Translations under genes and position numbers: made by a program
Part shown: piece by piece, positions 38,380 to 50,618 of the stretch
Layout: each line of letters starts with the position of its first letter
Position numbering within the stretch: the first letter of the stretch is position 1
NCBI RefSeq assembly: GCF_009834535.1
Contig: NC_045697.1
Span: 116,190,001-116,254,000, forward strand
From: Camelus ferus
Taxonomy: Eukaryota
Reading direction: 5' to 3'
Length of the DNA stretch: 64,000 nt
Notes under the pieces: model-generated
Told to the model about the DNA's origin: nothing
What the model saw: the letters and a program-made list of their open reading frames with translations, nothing else
Databases searched by the model: none

Positions 38380-39755
38380 GATTTATAGACACTCAACCCT
38401 GGGCCTAGAGAGACGGCAGTTTGCCTGAGGAGTATAACTTCAACTTCAAAATGTGCTTCACACATGAGAACATTCAAATCCCTTGATACAAAGAACTACA
38501 CCTGTGTGTGTGTCTGTATAAATGTATTTATACACCGGCTCTGTCCGGGGAGACGGTCTAGAAGGGCAAACAGTCCAGGGGCAAGGAGCCCATCCAGCAC
38601 CCAGATCGTAGTTTCTCCAATAAAAGGAACCGGGGTCCTTAAAGAAACGGCTGGTTCTAAGACAGGTGAGAAAACACAAGACTTAGGAGTACCGGAAAGA
38701 GAGCCATTGATCAAGGGAAAAAAAACCACAAGAGCTTCTATGCCAAAAGGCGGAAAACTCAGAGCAATAAAATAATGTCCTCTTAAATTATACCCCAAAG
38801 TACAAAATAAAATAAAAAACATTTATCTGAGCCCACACTGACATAAATAATTGAATTATAAATGAGAAAGAAGAGGTGATCTTCCTTAGAGGAGAATCCC
38901 AAACTATTTACACAGGTGGTTCCGGGGCATGGGGCTCAGGTCCCCACCCCTATCGCACCCCCTGAGCATGGGCTGGATTGAATGACTTGCTTCCAAAGAC
39001 CAGAGTGTGGACAGACGGGGGGAGAGCTGCCCGGCGTAACTCTATAGCAGAGGAACCTGAGAAGCACCACACCAGCCAGGGGACAAGGTCGGCCTCACCT
39101 GTGACAAGTCAGGCGCCTAGGATGGGGGCTTGGTACCGCGTGATGAACAGCACTCTGCCTCCGTGGTCCCCCTCCCAGAACCTCACGCCTGCAGTACAGC
39201 CACAAGAACATCAGACAAATCCCACTGAGGGACATTCTGCCAAATAACCCTGAGTCCCCAAAACTTGCAAAGTCCCAAGGAACAAGGGGAGTGTGAGGGA
39301 CACAGGTGAGAAGGGGCTGAGGAGACGTGAGGACCGACGTGGTCTGGTGTCCTGGCGGGGCCCGGGGACAGGAGGGCGCATTCATGGGAAACTAGTGGAA
39401 CCGGAAGAAAGTGGACAGTTTATCACAGTAACGCACAGTGTTGCTCCTCGGTTTCACAAGTGAATCTCAGCAACGTAAGATGTAAGGACAGAAGGGACGC
39501 AGAGGGGCGGACACCAGGACTCGACACCAGGAGCTTTCCAACTCCTCTCATCTGAAGTTATTCCAGAGCGGGGAGGGTAGGGCTCAGTGGTAGAGCGCGT
39601 GCTCAGCATGCCCGAGGCCCTGGGTTCAGTCCCCAGCATCCCCTCTAAAAAGAAATAAACCTAGAACCCCCAGAACAAAAAATACGGGTATACAACAATA
39701 AGTAAATAGAGTATTTTAAATAAAAAAAAAAGTTATTCAAGAATAAAAAAATTTA
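38380..39755 (+). mobile_element. Old L1 (L1MD/L1MC-like) 3'UTR, GC-shifted, with a SINE in its 3' end
   Basis: cagacaaatcccactgagggacattctgccaaataaccc ... caacgtaagatgtaagga ... gaagttattcc resembles L1MD/L1MC 3' ends. Confidence 0.75.
39570..39729 (+). mobile_element. Vic-1-type tRNA-derived SINE, long form, with TSD
   Basis: ggggagggtagggctcagtggtagagcgcgtgctcagcatgcccgaggccctgggttcagtccccagc; TSD aagttattccaga (39555) / aagttattcaaga (39730). Confidence 0.9.
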
Positions 39756-41036
39756 TTTTTGAAAGAACCATATCCACATGGACAGATCAATCCAAAACTT
39801 ACACTGTCACAGGTGAAAAAAATAAATGAACAAAATATCGCAAAAGAACATCAGAGGTTCAGGCCAGGGACACGGTGCCCCCGGATCCCGGGTTCTGGGT
39901 TCCAGTTTGGGAACGACTTACAGACCAGGAGAGAAGAAACATTCATCACTGCAAAGACCTGAGGGCTTAAAGCCACTTGCTCTCCTCCCACCTTAATGAC
40001 ATCCTGCGGCCGAGACCTCGTGACCTGCCCCTCTTCCAAGGCGTCACCACGGCATCAGTCTTCCCCGCCTATCAATTTCACACAATCGTCATGTTTCAGA
40101 AACACAGAACTTGAGAACCTTTGATGACAGCCTACGTTAAACACACACACACACACAATTACCAAAAGTAGTGGCACAAAGTAGTAACTGATCCTGCCTT
40201 AGCCTACCTCTCACCGCACTTGCCCCAAGCACCTGACTCTCTAGCCAAAATAACTCGTCCCCAAAAGCCCACAACACTTTGGGGCTTAATTTCTTTGCTT
40301 TTTCTCAATAGTTTTCATCCTGTGAGCGCCTAAAAACCAGGAAATAGCAGGTCTTACTCATTCAGATTCCTTCTCCCCAGCCCAGCACTGAACTATTATC
40401 TGTAATAGGTGCCTAAAACGTCCTTTGATTTCCTCAAAAACTCAGTCTCCCCTTTAAATCCATTTCAAAATCTCAACAACAACAACAAAATACTTCTCAA
40501 TAATCAGTTAAACGTGCTCTGTTGAAAACTAGTCATCTGACTGCAATTCAAATCATCTGTTCAGTGTCCTACCACATCAGATGACCAGCACCAACCCAGA
40601 CTAGACGCTGTAGATAAGCTGCTATCTGTGGCTGCAGCTGTGAGTAACTGTAAGATCACGGGGGAAAGAAGTCAAACCACCACAACCACACAGCACAACC
40701 AAAAGTGCTTTAAAGCTGCTACGGCGCGGTCGACCTTTGGAAGCAGTATGTACAGCTTCCACCATAAAGGACAGTAACTCCCAAAGCACAGTACAGAACT
40801 CGGATTCAGCCACCAACCCTCGAAAAAATCAGGAGGAAGCCAAGCCCTGGTTCTGCTCACCACTCAGACTTTGCGACCTGATCACATCCCGCTTTTCTCA
40901 CCGACTAGAGCAGCAGCAACCACACCCCCCAACTGAGGCCCGACGGAGAAGAGCAAGGGACGGAAGGGATGGGCGGCGCGCTGGACAGCAGCCTGACACC
41001 CTCCGGGTCAGAGCCACATCCTAAACGCTCCACACG

Positions 41037-41655
41037 CACATGGTCATCGTTACTGGGGAGTCCCCATTTGTAAATTCGCCTACTTACGAACATGTACGTG
41101 CAGCCCCAAATCCGACACTTGACGCCCTTTCCCAGTCGTGCAGGGACATGTGCAGGGCGGTGAACACCTGAGTCATCTTGGTGCACAGTCCCAGAAGGTG
41201 TGTGAGGTGAAGGAGGCAATGCCCTCCTGTTTCAGTTCCTGCGCTGGAAACCAGCATCCTTCACGAGCAATATCCTGTGTCCTGGTTTCCACGTGTTTGT
41301 GCTTCCCGTTAGTGATCGCATTGTTCACAGCCCCAAAGATGCTGCAGTTTTGTCTAGTGATCCTAAGGGCAGGAAGGCTGGGAGGTGCCTCAGGGAGAAT
41401 GCACCTGAGTCAGGTGTGTTCTGTTCCGCTGCTGTCCCTGAGTTCAGTGTTAGTGCAGTAGCAAAATCTATACTGAGTAAGTGTCTTTAAACAGAAACAC
41501 ACGTAAAACAAGGTTATACCAGTTGATGAAAATGTGACCAGAAGCTTGCAAGACCCTAACCGTGTACCTCCCCTGGGAGCAATAGTTCAGAATTTGCTAA
41601 TTCAGTGTTCTTTACATCTCTACAGACTATAACTACCTGAATATAAGATACACTG
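41037..41655 (+). mobile_element. MER82-like TcMar-Tigger DNA transposon, near full length
   Basis: atttgtaaattcgcctactt ... gtctttaaacagaaacacacgtaaaacaaggttat ... atttgctaattcagtgttc ... ataactacc. Confidence 0.85.
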
Positions 41656-42754
41656 ATACTACTAATAACAGTAACAGTATAACAATAAAAACAAAAATAA
41701 ATGATCATAAAAAATTAGTACTACTCGAATCTTTTAGGATTGGCAAAATCTGGGGCAAAAAAACAAAATATTCTAAGTGAAGGAACTAAGATTACAGGGG
41801 AATTTTCTAGATCCAACACCTGACACCTGTACCGACTGCTTTTAGAACAATGTTCACGCTACAACATTTTATAAAGTTTTAAAATTATGTCCTAGGTCAC
41901 ATCTCTCTGTGATAACCACTTTTCCATGAACTTATGATGATGACTGCTCTAAAACAAACAAGAGACAAACCTACCCAACCCTAAATAATTCTGTTCTAGT
42001 AAGTGTTTCTACAAAATTGGACAGTCTAACACGTTAAAACTTAACATAATTTTTGAGCACTCACATCACCAATACACATAGAAATGATCTGTTTAGGGGG
42101 AAAATATTCAGAATAATTCCCTAGTTGTTTTTCATCATTTATATAAAAGTATTTTGTTGGAAGAAAAAAAAAAAACAAGAGAGAGAAGGGATGAATGGGG
42201 GAGGAAGAAGAAAAACTAAAGCTGAAATTTCAACTAAATTTGCATTTTTGTAAATGTCCACATTATAATTTTAAGAGCCAACTTTACTTCTTAATCAACG
42301 GGTAGGTATTCCAGCTCCTTTTTCCTTCTGCTGCGCTCTATATTTGTCTTGAAAACAGTATTTCCCAGAGTGCACTCCAGGATGCTTTTGCAAAGGGGGT
42401 GCCTAGTCACATCAGTTTAGGGAACACATACTCCACTCCATCCCACAGCAGAGTCAGGAATGCAGACTTGAAAATCCAGGGCTCCAAAAATGCTGCAGGA
42501 AATAAATTTGTTTAATCCAAGGGTTTTTGTACTTTTCCTTTTCTTTCGTTCACTATTAATACATTTGCCTTTCTTACTGAGTTCTTTAAAGATAGTATCC
42601 TTAATGTTGCAAATAATTTCCCCCAATGATGATTAGTCATTAATGTTTCATTTCAAATAAAAAGAGACCGGTTAATAGACCAGTAATGTAGAAAAGAAAA
42701 AAAAAATTAGATCAATGTTGTAATTAATGTGTCTTAAAAAGAAATAGTTTTTTT

Positions 42755-43153
42755 GGATAGTTTTTGCAGCTTTAGGACAAGCTGCTATAAACATCCATGT
42801 GCAGGGTTTTGTGGGGAAATTACGTTTTCAACTCCTTTAGGCACATACCGAGGACTACAGTTGCTGAATCCCGTGGCTGGGGTATATTCGCTTTGTGAGT
42901 AAGAGCGTATTAATTTTGTGAGAAAGCACCACACTGACTTCCGAAGTGGCTGCCCCATTTGCATTCCTACCAGCAGTGAAGGAAAGTTCCTGTTGCTCCA
43001 CATCCTGGTCAGCACTTGGTGTTGTCAGTGTTCCGGATTTTGGCCGTGCTAGTAAGTGTGCAGTGGAATCCCACGGGTGTTTTAATTCACATCCCCCGAG
43101 GAGCTTTGCTGTGGAGCATCTTTTCATGTGTTTACTTGCCATCTGGGTATCTT
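42755..43153 (-). mobile_element. Old L1 ORF2 C-terminal fragment
   Basis: ORF 42855-43142 (MASKHMKRCST...DVEQQELSFTAGRNA) is L1 ORF2 C-terminus-like. Confidence 0.85.
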
Positions 43154-43191
43154 GCTGGCCAACTAATACTTCTTAAACTGTATTTTCTATA

Positions 43192-43485
43192 CATGTGCTA
43201 TGCAATATGGTAGCCACTCACCGCAGGTGGCTGTGGAATCCATGAAACGTGGTGCGTCCTTGTGGAGATGTGCTGTAAAGTGTAAAACGCACACTGCATT
43301 TTGGAGACTTGCTATGAAAAGAAGTAAAATATCTCAGTAAGTTACACTGCTTTCATGTTGAAATGACATATCCTTGGATATACGGGTTAAATAAAATTCG
43401 TGGCATCTATTTTGTTTTACATTTTTTAATGTGGCTACTAGAAAATTTAAAACCACACGTGCGGCTCGTCTCTCAGACAGCACTG
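43192..43485. mobile_element. MER33-like hAT-Charlie DNA transposon
   Basis: gtgctatgcaatatggtagccact ... gagatgtgctgtaaagtgtaaaacgcacactg ... ttttaatgtggctactagaaaatttaaaa ... gacagcactg. Confidence 0.85.
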
Positions 43486-44649
43486 ATCTACACAGAGCCT
43501 GTATTTTGATAATTGCATTAGGCGAACACTGAGTCCTGAGCAGGACTTTCTGAACGGTACTGTGATCATCAGAAAAGAGAAAATAAGGAAACAAGTGATG
43601 TCATCAGTGGAACTTGATCAGAAGTATTTAAAAGGGTGTAGTTTGGCTCTCTCTGCAAATCCGAGACCCACTATGACGTGACAAGTGGTTTCTTGCAATT
43701 GCAATGCTTGTTACTGACAATCTTCTGCGAAGGTCATCCAGAACATCCCGGACTCTGGCCAGGCTACAGGTGCCTGTGCAATACGGGTCACAGGTCAGTT
43801 CTACTGGGTCACCTATGTGAGAAAAAGGAATGGCTGGAGGATAACTGAAACGATTTTTTTAAATAATAAAATGAACTGAGACTAACGGAGAGAATGAGAA
43901 AACAGATTAATGAGAGCATAGGACCCAGCTTCAGCCAAATCAAAACTAAATCAAGCAAGTATTTAAGTTTCTCTGCTCAACAACATGGGAAGAGTTACAC
44001 AGAAACACAGCAGGAGACCACGCTAAACATGCATTTCTAAGGAACCAGATTAACTGTGCTACTGTGAAATTCTACACACCAACCAGATAGCTACCAACAT
44101 GAAGAGACTGCAAGAAGCATGGCTGAGAAAAAGGCAAGTTGCAGAATGATACATGGGGGAAAACCCACCAAACTATGGCTTCCGGAGATACAGAGTAAAC
44201 GAAGAAGAACGTGGACTCAGGGACACCCACCCAGTTCTCAACAGTGCTGGGTCCTCTTCCAAGAGGAGGAGTAGGGGACCAGAGAAGGAAACTAAAGGTC
44301 ATTTCCCACACTGTTCCACTGTTTCCATGTCATACACACATGCACGCGCGCACACACACACACACACACACGCACAGAGGAGAAAAGAATTACAGGGGAA
44401 GGAGACTGTAAAAAAGACCGACAGGCTGTGGCCACAGTGAAATCACTTCCTGAACAAATGGACCAGACGGTGCGGCCTGCGCTCTGCTCTCGCCACCCAC
44501 GCGGCCTGGTGCCATGCTCCTGTCTGGTCCCAGAGTCTGCACTTAGAGTGGCTGAAGGTCCCCACGTGTCTGTGACAGCGTGGTCTGTCCAGAGGGGAGC
44601 CACCTATTCAGAATCAGAGAAATACTTCCTCCACAAGCCCCTGCCCATC

Positions 44650-44675
44650 AAAAAAAAAAAAAAAAAAAAAAAAAA
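44650..44675 (+). repeat. A26 homopolymer
   Basis: Read directly. Confidence 0.95.
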
Positions 44676-47600
44676 GCCAGAAACACCCACTCCATGTCAC
44701 TCACTCCCCATCAAATGCCAGCTCTAAAGCAGCCATGTAAAATCTGAGCAATTCTGCATCATATATACGTCCCTCTGCTGTAAAAAAAAAAAAATGTATA
44801 CAATCTGATCCAAGCCCTCAGTCAAGACAAACTATTATATCTCATGGTTGTCACAAATTCTCCTTTTATTAATCAACTAGGTATAGGCCCAGCGGAATAT
44901 TTTGTGCCAGAAAATGTACTCTCCATGAGCATACCATAAGATGGCAAAAACAGACATCGCCAACACGCACCTCTATGTCCCTCGCACTTCTGTGGGCGCC
45001 CATGCGGTGCAGGAGTTCTCACGTCCTCTCTGGGACCCGAACAAGGGAAAATAAAGATCTGAACCAACAGCAGCACCAACACCAACATTTTTCATCAACA
45101 AAATGAGGAGAAATGTGTATTTACTGCAGACAGAACCAATTTCTTCTTAATCCTTGACAAGTACTCAGGGAACAATTTTTTAATGTTTTAAAATAAACAG
45201 GTACTTATTTAACAGTATAAGCCCAAGGCACAAGCCACATGTATTCCTCCAGACAACTGGGGTCCAGTCGAACTCAGTGCTTGAGAACGTACATTGCAGA
45301 ACCAGAGGCCCTGGACTCAAACACCCAGCTCTGCCCTTAGCCCACACCAGCCCCGACAAGCCGCTTTGCACGATGCAGGGGAGCGGTTTTACACAGCAAG
45401 GGTTCAATAAATGCCACTACTCATAAGCTAGGAAACTTTTTAAAATTAGCCATCATTTTCTGTCAGTTAAAACTCTCAGACAGTGGAAACCAAAAAAGGC
45501 GGGCTCTTTTTAACTACTGTATGTTTTAAGCGATCTTTTTCATTTATTAGCGATAAACTTGCTCAGTTTACCTTCTGATGGCCAAGTAAATTCCATATTA
45601 TTTTTCTTTTCTTTTCTTTTTTTTTGTATAAACCATGAAGTATTCTGGTAGATCAATCCTGCCTCCACAACAGCTGTTGTGTGAAACTGACTCATGAAAT
45701 GTAGACACAGAAATGAAATATTTGATCATCTGGTTCTTCCACTTGCCAATGTACCAGTCGGATTTTTCCATGCTATAATTTATTTTCAGATACTGCAAAT
45801 GAATTGCTTATCAGTTTTGTCAGAAATCAACCTGGATTCGTTACATATAAGAAAAATGTTCCTCATTTTTGTAAAAGCTGTAAATCCAGTAACTTCTGAT
45901 CATAACAAAACAGAAAGAATACAGGATATTACCATGATTTTTCATGTTCTGAATGGCATGAAGGTATCTCTTTTTGTTTTTAAAGTTACGAAAGAAAAAT
46001 AAATGTCCAAGTTAAGTCACACATTTCAGCTGCTGTAGAAAACATTCTTTGCTACAAAGTAAGAATTACTATTCCTATAATCTTAGATGGACACAACGTG
46101 GAAAAAATGTTTGGTCACACATATCCAGGAGTTTACAGGGAATTCTTTGTCTTCCATTCTGCACGGACGCCCCAGTCAGCACTGAGACAAGCACTTCTCT
46201 TGGGTTAGACTGTTTTGTGATGTTACACTGCATGACGCTATGTTAGCACTTCTCCTTTGAGGTGCTAGGAACCACGTGAAGCCTGTCTCCACTTGGTATC
46301 ATTTCTTACTGACAGGTAAAACGGGTGAAAATCACCTTCAATGCCAGCCAGCAAACATACGGGAAAAAAGCTCAACTTCACAGAATTAAAGAAACGTGAT
46401 CTAGTAACACTGCGATACAATTTTTCACTTCTTAGATTGGCAACATCGGGAAAGTTTAATAAAAAGCCATCAGCGGCATGGATTTCTACACACACCGCTC
46501 ATGGAAATACAACTGGAGCAGCTTTTTCAGTGAGCCACTTGGCACTACCTATCAAATTGTTAACCGACATATCCCTAGGTTTGGTAAACCACTACCAGGA
46601 ATCGTATCTGTCTGTTCACAAACAGCACGCACAAACACATACTCACGTGCATAATGATGCTGACCACAGCACTACTTGTAAGGGGACGAGGACGCTGCAA
46701 ACTCCCCAAAGGTCCACCCCTGGGAGGACCACCAACATAGCTGATGATGCGCGGAGAAGAAAGAGGCTGAACTCGGGACCACCTCACAGAAGTATTATTT
46801 ACAAGGAAAGGCAAGAACTGTGAGTACAGAATGACTCCATTTGCTTAAATTAATTTAAAAAAAAAAAAATCAAAGTATGCCGTGGGATTACACAACTTTT
46901 CTCCCAAGTACATAAACTCTTTTTAGAGACTTTGGGACAGTGGTATGTAGGAGGGAGACAATTTTTCTTATTTTGTTTTAGATTAGATTATAGAGTGTTC
47001 ATAGTTTTTGATTAAAAAAATACATGCTTCTAGGGAAAAAAAAGCCTGGGGTGCAAAACAGATTCAGCATCACTGAATAAGCTCTTCCATCAGACATTAT
47101 ATTGGCTTCACTGATGTTAACTTTTCTCCTCCCAGCCCCCAGCCGCTAAATAACAAGCTGGTCTTCACCTGCTGGTCTTGATTTCGTTTTCTCCTTATCT
47201 GCACTGAGACTTCCCTCCCATCAACCCCCGAAATCAGAAGCCTCCTCATGACCTGCCCACAGCAAATCCTGAATTCTCTGATACTGTCAACACTTAAAGC
47301 TGTCACCACACAATGAAACATCTGGCGATGACAAAAGAAACATCCCCAAAATACTTTAAGAATTAGTAATACCACTGGAATCAATATATAGCTTTCAAAA
47401 ACAAGTGTTTTAAAAGGGAAAGGCAAATTCAGGTTTGCTTGCTGTTTACCTGCGGGACTTCCAGGAAAGGGGAAAGTGCTTTTTTAATATTATAGCTGCA
47501 TTTCCCCAACTTTCTTGAATGCACATATCTGTAAAGGTAGAAACACGTGGCTCTAACTGTCTGACAGTACACTAACCATTCTGAATGACGCTAAAACCAT

Positions 47601-49894
47601 CTCCACCTAAAATGGAAAAAAAAATCTCTCCTTGCAGTGTGAAGTGTTGACAACACTGAGGCAAACACCACAGTGGATTCACCTGTGAAAATACAACCTC
47701 ATTAACTCTCAAACCTTCACCCTGCCCCACACGGTTCTAGGAAAGCTTGTTTAGCATCCGTAGGAGTGAGGAAAGCAGAGGCCGCCTGATGTGCCATCAA
47801 ACCCAGCTTCCTCAGAAAGGTCCTCCCATGAAGGTGGAATATCCCACGGATATTCTGAGCCTGGCTCTCCATTTCCCTTACAAAAATCTGCCTCTCAGCA
47901 CGCAATTCCTGTTTACTGGACTTGATTCTTCCTGTTTAAGGACTCCTCCACCCCTGGGGCGACAAAACCCAAAACCTGAAGGAAGCTATTTTTAGAGCGA
48001 CAGTCACTTAGGCATTTTCTGTGTGATCAACAGGATGCCAAGCTGTCGATGCCTGACAAGCTCTGCCTGCCTTGTCCGCTGTCCACTTGCTAACACTGAG
48101 AAGAGAAAGAAGTCTTTGAACAAACCGCACTTAACAAAAGACAACGAGAATAATTTTGAGTTTAATATCCCTCCCATAATTCTAATTCAGGACTTTAAGT
48201 TACCTAAATAGCCTGCAAGGAAAAAGCTGCACGTGCTCTGTGTATTTGGGGTCTTTTGTCATTCTCTCTAATGTTGCTTTGCACCAGGTAGGATGCTCTT
48301 CTCAAAGCCCTAAGTATTACAGAATTTTAACTGAAATGAGACTGAAGAAGGTATACAGAAGAGGCCACTTTCAATGGAATCCTTTCAAGAGAAACAACTC
48401 TAGAGCCTGTCCTGTGACACCTGCACATTCAAGTCCCTTCCTCTCCTGTCCACGCCACCCTGTCCCTGCACATCCGCACTGTCGTGTGAACTCCCTCCTC
48501 TGGGCACTGCCCTCGCCGGACCGTGGGCCCCCTGCACTGTGTCACACGCATCTGCGCTCCCAGTGCCCCAGGCAACACGGTGCCATCCACACGGGTGTGC
48601 TCAGAAGTGTATGGCATGTGATGGAGGCTCGACTGTGCAAGTGTGAGCCTCCTGTAACTCTACAGTTGTGACTTATGACACAGTCACCCACTTACTGAAA
48701 ATGTCACTTAGCCAGATGCACCAAATTGCTCGAGACCCTGCCCCATGGAAACTGACGCCCCTCTTCCGCCGCACCTAACTCAGTGCATCACAGTCTGGAA
48801 ATGCCCTGCAGGTGGGGGTTGTGTTGGGTACCCTTTCAGTGTCGATGGACCAACTCACCTAGGACAAGATGACCGGTCCCGCTGTTTTTGGTTCACACGG
48901 TCTCAGAAAACAGTAACAAATACAAGAAGATATGGCTAATCCTTTCAATCAACCAAACTCGAAATATAAATTACAAATTCTCTTCATCATCCAAAGAAAT
49001 TAAATTGGGAGGAAAATTTTTCCCCAAAACAGAAACTCTATTTCTTCATGTGAATGTTTCTACTTCCCAAATGCTACGTTAACCAACTCACCACAAGGGG
49101 AGTGAGTCACATCACTCTACTGGCCTGCTAGAGTCTGTACTCAACTCAACGAGATGTGAGCAGAGTGGAACTGGGGCAACAGAGTCTGGCCTACATCCAA
49201 AAATATGGACTCACTCTTACCTCTTCCCTAAACTTGCCTGTAGTTCTAAAGTGGAAAAGATGAAATTTTACTCAACATAGCAGTAAAAACCATATCCAAG
49301 CCATCTGTATCACAGCCTAATAACGTGGAGACATGAAAATACAAACTTCACGCCCCCCTGCTTTTTATCAGAAAGTAGGGACTACTCCATTTCAGTGCTT
49401 TTAGGTGTTTTGTGTGTACAGACCCATTTTGTGCGTGTGTGTAAATCTCCATCTGCCCCAGGACACAGGTCCTTACAGCAGTGCCAGGGTGGGATGAAAC
49501 AGGTACCAGGGTAAAATGCCCATGGAGACACCTCATTTCAGCACCTCCCTAGACAAAGCTTGTGCCCGATGTATCCGGCCACATTATGTGGCAAGATTAG
49601 ACCATATTCATTAAGGTTCTGCTAATTAGTAATTCAGTCTGTGCTAAAGTTGATTATACCATGAAAATGCTAAGCAAATTAATAATGCAATTAAATCTGT
49701 ATGTGGGCACATTTACCCTACTTAAGAAAAGAATTTAAGAACCCTAGCACATTAGCTGAATGCAAATTACAGATGAACAAATTCTTAATTCACCAAATCA
49801 GTTCCATCAGGGGAAAAAAAGCATTTTTACAGTATTACTGTTACTCTTTGTGCTCACAGGTAATGAGCTGCATGTATTTAAATATTCTGGAAGG

Positions 49895-50026
49895 TAAGCA
49901 TCTCAGAAATTTACCCTTTCCAGTAAACTTAGATCTTGCATTATTTTTGCATTTGTTTTTTAAGCATCTCAGAAATTTACCCTTTCCAGTAAACTTAGAT
50001 CTTGCATTATTTTTGCATTTGTTTTT
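49895..50026. repeat. Perfect 66-bp tandem duplication (2 copies)
   Basis: 49895-49960 is identical to 49961-50026 (taagcatctcagaaatttaccctttccagtaaacttagatcttgcattatttttgcatttgttttt). Confidence 0.97.
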
Positions 50027-50174
50027 TATAAACTCATTCTCATTTCCTAGAATGATGCCTCAGGTATAAATACCTTAAAAAGGAGTGGGGTTTTTTTTGT
50101 TGTTGTTGTTTTTACCTCCACTCAAAAGGGAAATGTGAAGTAACCCCAGTATTCAAGGATGGAACCATGATAAG

Positions 50175-50380
50175 TGTTATGAAGTGAACTGTGCTCCCCC
50201 AAAACTTGCCCCATAATGAATAATGAAGCTCTAACCCCGACTGTGGTGGTATCAGAAGATGGGGTCTTCAGGAGGTAATTAGGGTTAGGTGAGGGGACGA
50301 GGGTGCAGCCATGGTCCAGCAGGGCAGGTGTCCTTATCAATGAGGGAGAGGCAGCAGAGCTTCTGTTCTTTGTTTTTTCA

Positions 50381-50429
<49 letters not shown>

Positions 50430-50618
50430 TCTCTCCTTCTCTCCTCACCCCCCTTCCCTCTCCTGCATGACACAAAGTCCACGTGAGGACACAGCAAGCC
50501 CGGAAGAGAGTCCTCACCAGACACCAAATCAGCCAGAGCCTTGATCTCAGACATTTAGCCTCTAGAACTATGAGAAAATAAATTCCTGTTGTTTAGGCCA
50601 CAAAGTCTGTATATGGAT
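50175..50618 (+). mobile_element. MaLR solo LTR (MLT1A-like) containing an expanded (CT)21 tract at 50385-50426
   Basis: tgttatgaagtgaactgtgctcccccaaaa ... gaagctctaacccc ... ccttgatctcagacatttagcctctagaactatgagaaaataaattcctgttgttta. Confidence 0.85.

Noticed and set aside
43805..43835. Other AG|GT juxtapositions (catag|gtgacc here; cacag|gtgaat at about 47680)
   Set aside because: The donor halves are weak, making them much poorer recursive-site candidates than 37391.
49895..50026. Direct repeat as a CRISPR-like array
   Set aside because: Two abutting copies with no spacers and no cas genes, in a mammalian intron.
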